Part shown: positions 1 to 8,629 of the stretch, in pieces
How positions within the stretch are numbered: the first letter of the stretch is position 1
How the letters are laid out: each line of letters opens with the position of its first letter
Virus record (IMG/VR): IMGVR_UViG_3300038673_000846
Location: 1-33,542 of that record
DNA from: a virus
Taxonomy: Duplodnaviria; Caudoviricetes
DNA length: 33,542 nucleotides
Direction: 5' to 3' (one strand)
Notes under the pieces: model-generated
What the model saw: only the letters and a program-made list of their open reading frames with translations
Database searches by the model: none
What the model was told of the DNA's origin: nothing
Made by a program: the position numbers and the translations under genes

Positions 1-64
1 CCCAAAGAAAAAACCATAAAACATCGTATATGAAGAAGAATTTTCCATCCATTCTATAACCGCA

Positions 65-101
65 AAAACGATTTGTACAAATTTAGAAAACGAAATGTAC
101 A
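65..101 (+). repeat. Left-end putative transposase binding sites (AAAACGATTTGTACAAA 65-81; AAAACGAAATGTACA 87-101)
   Basis: Two direct copies 22 bp apart; inverted relative to right-end copies at 33462-33478 and 33396-33412. Confidence 0.8.
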
Positions 102-136
102 TAAACATTTAAACAGTTACACTTTACAAGGGAATT

Positions 137-517
137 TTAATCCTTCCAAAATATAATCTTTCTCAAGAATGACTTATTTCTTGGAGTAGATTCAACAATT
201 ACAGTATCCTGATCGATAATTAAATTATCCATTTTCTCCTGTAATCCTAATGTTATTTCATGAGTGATCATTTCATTATCAGGTGAAATAATGAGCGTTG
301 AACCCTTTTTAGGCTTCTTTATTGTGTAGGTATTTTCAATCGAATACTTTTGGATTTTTGCGAGTTCGACGATTAGCTCACTTTGTTTTTCAACCTGATT
401 TTCATAACTGTGGCGCATTGGACCGATTACTGCGTAGTTCATGATCAATACAGTTGCCGTTATGGTTATCAGTGACGTGATCGCCATCAGGATAATATTT
501 TCTGTTCTATTTACCAT
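137..517 (-). CDS. Single-TM lysis-cassette protein, possible spanin (inner-membrane subunit)
   Basis: N-terminal hydrophobic helix (IILMAITSLITITATVLIMNYAVI) followed by a helical segment; last gene after the endolysin. ATG at 517 chosen because it overlaps the endolysin 3' end. Confidence 0.45.
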   Translation of the reverse strand: MVNRTENIILMAITSLITITATVLIMNYAVIGPMRHSYENQVEKQSELIVELAKIQKYSIENTYTIKKPKKGSTLIISPDNEMITHEITLGLQEKMDNLIIDQDTVIVESTPRNKSFLRKIIFWKD

Positions 518-1121
518 GTTTTTGGTTTTTGAGTTCAAGTAAAATTTCTTTGTAACCTACATAATCACAAATCTTCGCAATTGTCTCCTTTTTGCGAATT
601 TTTCTGTAAACTCCATCCCCTTCCCTCGATCCAACTCCAGAAGTGTTAAACTCGATGGTGTGGTAATGCAGCAGCGTTTCACCCGTAATCATCCCAACAT
701 GCCCTATTCGTTGAAGGTGATCGTAATAAATACCAAAAACTTGCCCCTGACGGCTCTCAAATGGGATTATCCTGGGTTGCCTGTATACATAGACCAAGTT
801 AGCCTGAAACCAGTCTGGAGACCATGCAGAGAGAGGATTAGGTATAGAAAGCTGCTCATGACACCATGACATTCCAGCAGCACAGTATGGATTCCCTTCC
901 TGAAGTCCCACTAACCTTAGATACTTCCGGATCTCTTTCCCGTCATTCTTTCCTGTCGCTTCCCGAACACCTACCTGTGACTCAGCTACCTCAACAAGTT
1001 TCTGGCGAAGATCTGTTGTGGCGGGTAAAACCGGATAACTCTCTAATATAGGCTGGCCAATAACACTGCTCCAGCGCAATAGAAAGACCAGAAGAACAGT
1101 GCAAACTTTAATTTTTCCCAT
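507..1121 (-). CDS. Endolysin, CHAP/NlpC-P60-like peptidoglycan hydrolase with N-terminal signal peptide
   Basis: AESQVGVRE...NPYCAAGMSWC (catalytic Cys), GHVGMI (His), TIEFNT; signal-like N-terminus ending VIG-Q; next to holin-like genes. Confidence 0.85.
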   Translation of the reverse strand: MGKIKVCTVLLVFLLRWSSVIGQPILESYPVLPATTDLRQKLVEVAESQVGVREATGKNDGKEIRKYLRLVGLQEGNPYCAAGMSWCHEQLSIPNPLSAWSPDWFQANLVYVYRQPRIIPFESRQGQVFGIYYDHLQRIGHVGMITGETLLHYHTIEFNTSGVGSREGDGVYRKIRKKETIAKICDYVGYKEILLELKNQKHGK

Positions 1122-1384
1122 TCCGTAAGATTTTTGATTTCGATCGTATCAGGGTCAATCAGTCTTTTTAATTTTGGGAATGTAGCACCAAGCCATATCC
1201 ATCCGACACCCACTATAATACTCATCCCAAGAATACCAAAGGCGAATTTCTGAAAGTATCCGACTGGGTATGTATCCCACCCAAGCCAGCGCCCAGCAAC
1301 TTCAAATAGAAGCCATACAATTAAAGCAACGATGCCGATTAAGTATTCGGTACGTCCAGCCAAATAATCCTTTAATTTTTTCAT
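1043..1384 (-). CDS. Holin-like protein (3 predicted TM helices)
   Basis: 113 aa with three hydrophobic segments and a basic N-terminus, directly upstream of and overlapping the endolysin. Confidence 0.65.
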   Translation of the reverse strand: MKKLKDYLAGRTEYLIGIVALIVWLLFEVAGRWLGWDTYPVGYFQKFAFGILGMSIIVGVGWIWLGATFPKLKRLIDPDTIEIKNLTEWEKLKFALFFWSFYCAGAVLLASLY

Positions 1385-1698
1385 GTTTTTTTTCTCCTTA
1401 AATTATGTAAATGATTGTGTTCAGTTTCAATAATTGTAATTCGAGTTTCATGATCATCTAACTTTTCACTATGGGCATTTAATCGCGTCACCGTTGTAGG
1501 GTATTCAATCACGCTATGTGTGCGCAATTCAGTTACGGCTATATTGAGCGCATTAACCGCATCAGCCACCGCCTTAGACGCATCAATTTGCTGTTTGAGA
1601 AAATAACCAATCACAGCAAGCATGGCAAAAAGCACAGGACCAGAAATCCAAAGGATCAGTTTTAGTTGTTCCAAATCAGGGTTTGCTTGTAATTCCAT
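1381..1698 (-). CDS. TM + coiled-coil lysis-cassette protein (holin/antiholin-like)
   Basis: One TM helix (LILWISGPVLFAMLAVIGYFL), coiled-coil tail with LDDHETRITIIE, ATGA overlap with the next gene. Confidence 0.55.
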   Translation of the reverse strand: MELQANPDLEQLKLILWISGPVLFAMLAVIGYFLKQQIDASKAVADAVNALNIAVTELRTHSVIEYPTTVTRLNAHSEKLDDHETRITIIETEHNHLHNLRRKKT

Positions 1699-1746
1699 TT
1701 CACTTAGTTTAATTATTTTGTTTCAACTCCTACCACAGTCGAACAA

Positions 1747-2442
1747 TTATAATTTTTCCCAACCCTGCGGATATTCCGTAGGTGACCAAACATTCGCATC
1801 AATTTTACTCCTATACACAGGATCAGTCGCAGTAGGAAAATGAACCTTGTCTCCGACCTGGTAGGCATCGTGAGAGCCTGTTGGTTGTTTCCATACCAAA
1901 ATTACATCGGGAGCATTCACCTGAACCCACAGGGTAGGAACAAGGTCAGGTGTCCAATCTAACTGCGTAGTGCGCGGTTGTATTACTTTGAAAAGCACCC
2001 AATTGTACTTCCTTATGTCAGCCTTTCCTATTGGACTTGTCAGAGCATCATATACCGCTTCCCCTACTTTCCACGCAGGATATATTGAAGTGTAATTCAC
2101 CTGATCCGCTTCCGGCAAACCAGCGATTGTGATTTGTAACGCTTGTTTTATTTCAATAGGATTCAATTCCTGTTCCTTTTGAATAGCCCGACTGTTTATT
2201 TCGGCTGTCCGTTCCTCATCGGTCTTGTCCCGGACTGACCACACCTGAGTGTATGTTTTCAACGTTGTGTCCGGTATCCATACGGCTGAAATAATCTGTA
2301 ATGCCGGAACATGGGCAGGTGGTGGAGTAGGTCTGTATTCCAATTCAATAATCGGGATAGATAATGGATTTATCACTTCTCCTTGTTCTGCTGGATAACT
2401 GATTATCTTATTTGTATTTGTATTATAAAGTACTATAATCAT
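1747..2442 (-). CDS. Tail-associated protein with C-terminal Trp-rich carbohydrate-binding-like (CBM5/12-type) modules
   Basis: YPAWKVGEAVY...DWTPDLVPTLW and WKQPTGSHDAYQVGDKV...VYRSKIDANVWSPTEYPQGW motifs typical of phage tail accessory proteins; follows the LRR gene. Confidence 0.65.
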   Translation of the reverse strand: MIIVLYNTNTNKIISYPAEQGEVINPLSIPIIELEYRPTPPPAHVPALQIISAVWIPDTTLKTYTQVWSVRDKTDEERTAEINSRAIQKEQELNPIEIKQALQITIAGLPEADQVNYTSIYPAWKVGEAVYDALTSPIGKADIRKYNWVLFKVIQPRTTQLDWTPDLVPTLWVQVNAPDVILVWKQPTGSHDAYQVGDKVHFPTATDPVYRSKIDANVWSPTEYPQGWEKL

Positions 2443-2452
2443 AATTTTTATT

Positions 2453-4783
2453 TTAAAGGTCAGCCGTCACGCTGCTGAATATCGCTGTGTTCGTCCATGG
2501 AACTACATCATAACCTGAATTGCTAACCGGTATATGTAATGGTATTGCCACAGATACGTTACTCGCATTACGAAAGGCAAAGGCATTTGTTGCTGCTCCG
2601 GGCTGCATGGATTTATACGAATTACAAACCGTAAATTTCGGTCTGTTTGCAACCGTGCTTCCCGTGAATGCGTTTGCTGCGATTGAGTTTGCTGTCGTTC
2701 CTAAACTTGCCGGAAGCGTTAGTGTACCGGTTAATTCTTTGCAGTTATAAAACGCATTTGCAGATATCGTTGTAATTGTTGGTGTTCCACTAAACGTAAG
2801 CGCTGTAAATCCTGTTGAACCAGAAAACGCATGTTGACCAATTACAGTTACCGTTGCAGGAATGTCTATTGTTCCTGTCCTGTTTATATTATTATAGAAA
2901 CAATATGATAATATTGACGTTGTCGTTGTGTCAAGAGTAAGAGTCCCAGAATAACCAGTTGGAGAGATTAGTGCGACAACAGACCCCGATGTTTTCTTAT
3001 CATATAAAACATGATCAATTACCGGATAATTTATTGAACCACCTGTTATGTCCGTGAATTTCATCCTACTACCCAAATAATTTAAAGTGTTTAATGTTGT
3101 GAGAGTATTGGGTATTACAAGTGTTCCGACCCATGATGTACCGTCCCCAAGCCCATAAGCATCAAAATTAAGGGTTTCAAGAGTTGATGAAAATTCAAGA
3201 GTAATATTCCCACATCCTCCTAAACACCAAGATCCGATAGTTAACGTTGTAGGAGCATTAAATATCAAATCTATGGAAGTCGCCCCTCTAAAGCAGAATG
3301 AAGATATTGTTATACATGATGCCGGAAGAGTGATTGTGCCGCTGTCTTGGATATGGGAACAATACTGAAATGCAGCTGAACCAAGTATTGTACAAACTGA
3401 TGTTGGGGTAAAAGATAATCCCGTGAGTCCAGAACAACTTTGAAATGCTGATTCCCCAACTGCTGTTACTTTATTAGGTATAACTAATCCTCCCGTTCTT
3501 AAATTATTCCAACAACAATGATTCCCTATTCTCTCGGTATCTAATTCAAATGTAATTGTCCCTGTGTTCCCCTTTACAGAGTGTAGTGCATAATGGTTGC
3601 TTTCTTGGTATAAGACATCATCGTGTACATGATACCTTGACGGATTTGCCGAGACATCTATTGAAGAAAATCCACAATTTGCAAATGCCCCCTCTCCTAT
3701 TGATGTTACATCTGCCGTTATATTTAACACACCCGATATATTATAGCAGTTGTAAAATGTGTTTGCGCCTATTGTTTGTACTTTATTAAGTGAGGGGATG
3801 GTTGTGAGTGATGTATCATTTTTAAATGCGTCATTATTTATTGTAAGCAGAGAGTTGGGGAAAATATTAATACTTGAAAGTCCTGTCATATTTCCAAACA
3901 CTTGTGGGCCTATTGTTACAATTCCCTCGTTTAGTTTTAACGATGTAATTCCACTTGCACCATTAAAACAGGCTTGGTCAATAGAAATAATGTTTGATGG
4001 AATTTCTAATTCACCCACAATATATGGTGACCCGCCGCCTGAATCCCACCCCAACATACCGTAATTTATTTTTGTTGGTGTGTGTGAAATATAAAGGTGA
4101 CCTGTCAAAGGAACTTTATTCATGCAGAAAATGGGATATTCTGTAACATTATCAAGCTTGTGAATGTGTATGTATTTCAACATAGTGCTGCCGTTCGCAA
4201 CTATTGAGTTTATTTTGTCTCCACAATATAACCACTCGGGACCAACATATTGTACATTACATCGCATCGACTCCATATATGCATGATTTACTATCACCCA
4301 TTTTTTAGTTCCTGCAAAAGATATAGTGTGTGTCGATAAGTAAACGGTTTCATCTTTTAATTGACTTACCACTCTATTTGGTCCAATTAAAGATGTTGCT
4401 GTTTTTGATGTATAAGTAAATGTAGAACAATTCTCAAACATTATTGTCCCAGAAGAGGGAAATGCAGACGTGTCATATACGTTAATTGAAGTTGTCCATC
4501 CATTATATTTTTGTGATAATGCGGTCTCTATTTTTAAATCAAAAACATAGTCTATTCCCCCGTTTGAATAACCATATCTGTATGATGTCCCATGATTAAC
4601 AGATACTGTTATGGTTGCATCCGCTACTGAAAATATCCACTTTGCATCCTTGTTTTTAGAATAATATCTGCAAAATACATCGTAAATATCGACAGGTTGA
4701 ATTGTTCTGTCGAAATCGTCAGGAGCGCAGAATGTTTCAAATCCAAGCGCTGTTACCCTCTTTGGGTGATGTAGTATTCTCAT
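2453..4783 (-). CDS. BspA/TpLRR-type leucine-rich repeat protein, putative receptor-binding tail protein
   Basis: Many LxIPxxVTxIGxxAFxxCxxL repeats (e.g. LVIPNKVTAVGESAFQSCSGL, IDIPATVTVIGQHAFSGSTGF); ATGA-coupled to the tail tip gene; no signal peptide. Confidence 0.85.
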   Translation of the reverse strand: MRILHHPKRVTALGFETFCAPDDFDRTIQPVDIYDVFCRYYSKNKDAKWIFSVADATITVSVNHGTSYRYGYSNGGIDYVFDLKIETALSQKYNGWTTSINVYDTSAFPSSGTIMFENCSTFTYTSKTATSLIGPNRVVSQLKDETVYLSTHTISFAGTKKWVIVNHAYMESMRCNVQYVGPEWLYCGDKINSIVANGSTMLKYIHIHKLDNVTEYPIFCMNKVPLTGHLYISHTPTKINYGMLGWDSGGGSPYIVGELEIPSNIISIDQACFNGASGITSLKLNEGIVTIGPQVFGNMTGLSSINIFPNSLLTINNDAFKNDTSLTTIPSLNKVQTIGANTFYNCYNISGVLNITADVTSIGEGAFANCGFSSIDVSANPSRYHVHDDVLYQESNHYALHSVKGNTGTITFELDTERIGNHCCWNNLRTGGLVIPNKVTAVGESAFQSCSGLTGLSFTPTSVCTILGSAAFQYCSHIQDSGTITLPASCITISSFCFRGATSIDLIFNAPTTLTIGSWCLGGCGNITLEFSSTLETLNFDAYGLGDGTSWVGTLVIPNTLTTLNTLNYLGSRMKFTDITGGSINYPVIDHVLYDKKTSGSVVALISPTGYSGTLTLDTTTTSILSYCFYNNINRTGTIDIPATVTVIGQHAFSGSTGFTALTFSGTPTITTISANAFYNCKELTGTLTLPASLGTTANSIAANAFTGSTVANRPKFTVCNSYKSMQPGAATNAFAFRNASNVSVAIPLHIPVSNSGYDVVPWTNTAIFSSVTADL

Positions 4784-7700
4784 ACGATAACCCTCCTAAT
4801 TTTAAGTTTTCCCCTGATGACTGTCGGGTCGCCATCCGTGCCTGATGAATTAAGTGTCACCTGCTCGCCAACCGCCACATCGTTGTCCACATCAGTCTTC
4901 GCCACAGTCTCTACCACTGAACTCGTCACGTCAATGCTCACGCTATCATCTGCCCATGTTATCGGACTTCCTGCGATTTCCACCGTCACGTCATCCATTA
5001 CAGAATCGCTTTGCAAAACGACTGACAGAATCTTATACGCGAATGATGCTTTGATATCCAGTATCCACGTCTGCGCCACTCCTGCCTCCACATCGTTGAA
5101 GTCGAAACTGATATCCTCCACCCAGTCGCCGATAGCCAAACCTGAAGGAAACGCATGATATCCCTTTTCGCCGTCGCCGTCGGTTCCGTAATATTTCGTG
5201 TTCCCTGGAGTCTCAGCATCTCCGACAAGTTTCACGGGGTCTTCTGCAGATCCAGCACCGGTCACGCTCATGGCTGTTTTGACTGTGGCCAGCCCCCCCG
5301 CATCATTTCCGTCCCCAGGGATCCTGACGTTACTCCACCAATAGGGCCCGGCGTCGTTGCCCTCGACCTCCAAATATGCGGTGCGGCTTGTCAGGCTGTC
5401 AAACTTGGCATAATACCGAAATACGAGCCGGTCAGTTTCAGCCATTACCACCTGATCGAGCGGGAGAGCATAATACATTGGGGCCACCACCTCCCAACTA
5501 ACCGCCTTACCAAACTCGGCGATCTTTGTCTCAACGCCCGCGGCTGTGCGATGGTAAACTTCCACCTCAATACTCGCTTTATCATCGGCAGATACAGCGC
5601 AATAGGACGTAAATACCCACGCCCCGGCAGGGATGGTCTTCAAGCCTGCATCGCTGACGAACTGAGACAAAAGTACGCGGGTATCTGCACCTGTCTGACT
5701 GTAGTTGTAATTTGCCTCGTCAGGCTCGTCAAAGAGAGCCTGAGCGTGATCGGCAATGTCGCTGGTATTTCCATGTAGGTAAAGCACCCGTCCACCTCCA
5801 AGGAGCCTGGGATCTATTGCCTGCGTGATCTGGTCAGGGGAGATCCTGACGTTTCCCCACAACATTGATAGCACCCTGGGGCTCTCGCTGGCATTTGCAT
5901 AGCCAGCCGTGAAATTAATAAAATCCGGATCAGCTTTGACCCGGATATATGTATCCGAAGCCCCCCATGATCCGACGCTCACGTCAGGGTCCAGAGGCAA
6001 CTTTGCAACCAGGTAATAAGGATCATTATCAGGCAAAGTAATCACCGTATCAGGCATCGACCATATCCGGCGGGGATCATAAGTACCACCATCCTCCTCC
6101 AGCTTGTGAATATCATACCTGCGTAGAACAGCGGCCGGCCAGTTCAGCAGTTCCAGGAACCCGGAACCAATATGAATTTTGTTGAAATCTTTCTCATATG
6201 GTGATTCAGCGATACACCCCCTGAGCTGGAATTGTACAACAGAAGCATCAAAAGCCAGCATTCTGGGGTCAATACTCTCATTCCTGATCGTATAGTCAAC
6301 ATTCTGCAGATCATCAGCAGGTGTAAAAATGCGGTTCCGGAGTTCAGTAGCCGTTTCCTTATCCTTCCGAATAACTTCTACTGTATCGGCATTGGTCTTC
6401 TCGATGGTACGGTTGATTTTATCGATGTCGATTTCCATGCGCTCGCGGCGGTTCAGAATGCGGTGCTCAGAGAGCTGCAGATCATAGGCGCCGGTACAGG
6501 CATAGTAAATCAGAGAGCTGATGCGATAAAGCTGGTTGATGGACAATTGCGCATCGACGATAATGATGCGGTCTCCGGCATCGAAACGGTCGGAGATCCC
6601 GGCAAGGAAAGCTGGGTCTACTTTTGCATTATAAGGATACTCCGGGATACATTTCAGGTCAAGTATTTCCTGACCGCGCGCAAGAAGCTCGGCCTCAGCA
6701 ACGGCTACGTAGCTTGGAGGCTGGTCGATGTCAACGAGGGTATATTCGTCACCTGATCCAATAAGCAGCGTTTCATTGGGGAGCTGTAAGCCGAGTTCAT
6801 CCTTGAAGGGGATAATGTAAATAGATCCCGTATCGTGGTCGTACTTCTCAATCTCGAACTCATAACCGGCCAGGTCACCGGTTTTCATTCTGATCTTGGC
6901 GGTAAGGCCCCCTCTGAGGTAATCGTTAATATTGAAACAGGTGGTGTCGGTTATCTTATACATGCCACCCGGCCACACCTCCTTAATGGCGGCATAGGCT
7001 GCATAATTGGGATCATCGTCTTCAACCTTCAGAATCTGCTCGTAAGCCTGCACAGTTGCGGTTCGTTGCGGGTACACTTCATCGAAGAAAACCGTTTTCT
7101 CAACCCCCATATAGAGGTCGTCGTTTTTCCGGAGGGGATTTCCGTCGAACTCAAGCCTGTTTTTTCCGCCCCGGTAATCCGGCTTGAGGTTCTTGGCTGC
7201 TCCGTATACATAAAGCACGGTGACCAGCTTATCGCGGTTGACCGGCTGACGCTCCAGCTCGAAAAGGCCATTACCCTTACCATACTCCAGAGTGACGGCT
7301 TTGGTGGTGGCGATCCGCTTTTTCAGGTCGATGGTATAAAAGACCCCTCCGCCCACTGTGTAGCGGATATCATACTCCAGATCGTACTCCTTGGCCATTC
7401 GGACAAGCACTTCGTGGCAGTTCTCCCCCTTGAAAGTATGGTTCTTCCTGACGGTCGACTCGATGGTACCGGCCTGGAATTTTCCGGAGATGAAGCGGTC
7501 AGAATTATCACAGATCAGGCTGACAATTTCAGAGAGATCCAGGTAAATATCGAATTCAGCCTTTCCGGCGAAAAGAAACTGACTCTGTTTCAGAAGGACG
7601 CTGCCGTGGTCGAGGCGCAGATTGTAGACGAACTTATTGCTTGACTTTTTCGTGGGATTCGGCAGCCCCATGAAGTAGTACGGTTCGGGCACCACCCCGT

Positions 7701-8277
7701 TACTGTTGACCAGGATGTAAGCGTACATGTCAACGTTAAGGGGAGCGCTCAGTTCAACCGTACAGGTCGCGTAGCTTTCGCCCTGAAGCGTGCGTCTGAC
7801 CTGGAGGTTGTCGGTGACCAGGTACCCCACGACCGGTGATCCTGAAGCGTGATATATCGGGAAGCTTTTATATGCGGAATCTCCCAGAACCGTGAGGCGC
7901 AGGTTAAAGATCCCCACCTGCCAGGCGGACAGATAACTGGTCATGCGGACCATTTCAACGCCATTCTGGACGATGATGTTATTGATGGTACCGTAAGGGG
8001 AAAGCAGTGTGCGGGTTCCAGGGGCCATGATGGCCTCATAGAAGTCCTCAACGGCCGTTAAAAAAGTATCAAAATTCTCAGCCTTGATGACACAACTCAA
8101 AACTACCTCCCTATCGTCATAAAGCAAGTCACCCACGGCATCGCGGTAGTCGAGCCCATCAAGGTCAAGCCAGTTATAGCCCTCATTTTTCATCTTGGGC
8201 ATGTCGAGCAGCCCCGAAGACCGGAGGACTTTCACCCCGTAGGCGCTGAATAAGACGTTATCTAATTTCCAACTCAC
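4780..8277 (-). CDS. Tail tip/hub protein (Dit-like N-terminus + baseplate hub/Tal-like core + variable C-terminus)
   Basis: 1165 aa downstream of the tape measure gene; LEYGKGNGLFEL, VTVLYVYGAAKNL, FFDEVYPQRT and MKTGDLAGYEFEI resemble Bacteroidota prophage tail proteins. Confidence 0.75.
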   Translation of the reverse strand: MSWKLDNVLFSAYGVKVLRSSGLLDMPKMKNEGYNWLDLDGLDYRDAVGDLLYDDREVVLSCVIKAENFDTFLTAVEDFYEAIMAPGTRTLLSPYGTINNIIVQNGVEMVRMTSYLSAWQVGIFNLRLTVLGDSAYKSFPIYHASGSPVVGYLVTDNLQVRRTLQGESYATCTVELSAPLNVDMYAYILVNSNGVVPEPYYFMGLPNPTKKSSNKFVYNLRLDHGSVLLKQSQFLFAGKAEFDIYLDLSEIVSLICDNSDRFISGKFQAGTIESTVRKNHTFKGENCHEVLVRMAKEYDLEYDIRYTVGGGVFYTIDLKKRIATTKAVTLEYGKGNGLFELERQPVNRDKLVTVLYVYGAAKNLKPDYRGGKNRLEFDGNPLRKNDDLYMGVEKTVFFDEVYPQRTATVQAYEQILKVEDDDPNYAAYAAIKEVWPGGMYKITDTTCFNINDYLRGGLTAKIRMKTGDLAGYEFEIEKYDHDTGSIYIIPFKDELGLQLPNETLLIGSGDEYTLVDIDQPPSYVAVAEAELLARGQEILDLKCIPEYPYNAKVDPAFLAGISDRFDAGDRIIIVDAQLSINQLYRISSLIYYACTGAYDLQLSEHRILNRRERMEIDIDKINRTIEKTNADTVEVIRKDKETATELRNRIFTPADDLQNVDYTIRNESIDPRMLAFDASVVQFQLRGCIAESPYEKDFNKIHIGSGFLELLNWPAAVLRRYDIHKLEEDGGTYDPRRIWSMPDTVITLPDNDPYYLVAKLPLDPDVSVGSWGASDTYIRVKADPDFINFTAGYANASESPRVLSMLWGNVRISPDQITQAIDPRLLGGGRVLYLHGNTSDIADHAQALFDEPDEANYNYSQTGADTRVLLSQFVSDAGLKTIPAGAWVFTSYCAVSADDKASIEVEVYHRTAAGVETKIAEFGKAVSWEVVAPMYYALPLDQVVMAETDRLVFRYYAKFDSLTSRTAYLEVEGNDAGPYWWSNVRIPGDGNDAGGLATVKTAMSVTGAGSAEDPVKLVGDAETPGNTKYYGTDGDGEKGYHAFPSGLAIGDWVEDISFDFNDVEAGVAQTWILDIKASFAYKILSVVLQSDSVMDDVTVEIAGSPITWADDSVSIDVTSSVVETVAKTDVDNDVAVGEQVTLNSSGTDGDPTVIRGKLKIRRVIV

Positions 8278-8629
8278 TGCTATTGTATATAGGTAGTGTT
8301 ATCCTGATGATTTTCCGGTGTAATTCAGCGCGGAACCCGTCCTTGCAGACTCCTAACACTGAAATCCCCTGCTCGGGAATAGTAAAAGTATGCACCTGCG
8401 ACATCTCCAGGATAGTGCGCAGGGCATCAGCAATGGCCCCCACCAGTGCCGTGGTTGCAGCTTTTGCATAGAGGTGTACGGTGATCTTGCGCTCGTCGTA
8501 CTTGATAAGCCCGGCCGAAGAACCTGGTTCCCGGAGTATCCTCTTCCGGCGGGGGAGGTCGTGAAAGCCTTCCACCTTCAGGAGCTTCAGCCCCAGCACT
8601 GTTTCAATATCGTAGGAGTCAATGGTCAT
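8258..8629 (-). CDS. Distal tail (Dit)-like protein
   Basis: Immediately after the tape measure gene; beta-rich 123 aa, similar in pattern to the N-terminus of the next gene. Confidence 0.55.
   Translation of the reverse strand: MTIDSYDIETVLGLKLLKVEGFHDLPRRKRILREPGSSAGLIKYDERKITVHLYAKAATTALVGAIADALRTILEMSQVHTFTIPEQGISVLGVCKDGFRAELHRKIIRITLPIYNSSELEIR

Noticed and set aside
1747-8277. Diversity-generating retroelement or Gin-type invertible tail-fibre cassette
   Set aside because: No reverse transcriptase, no recombinase/invertase and no adenine-variant TR/VR pair or flanking inverted sites seen by eye.
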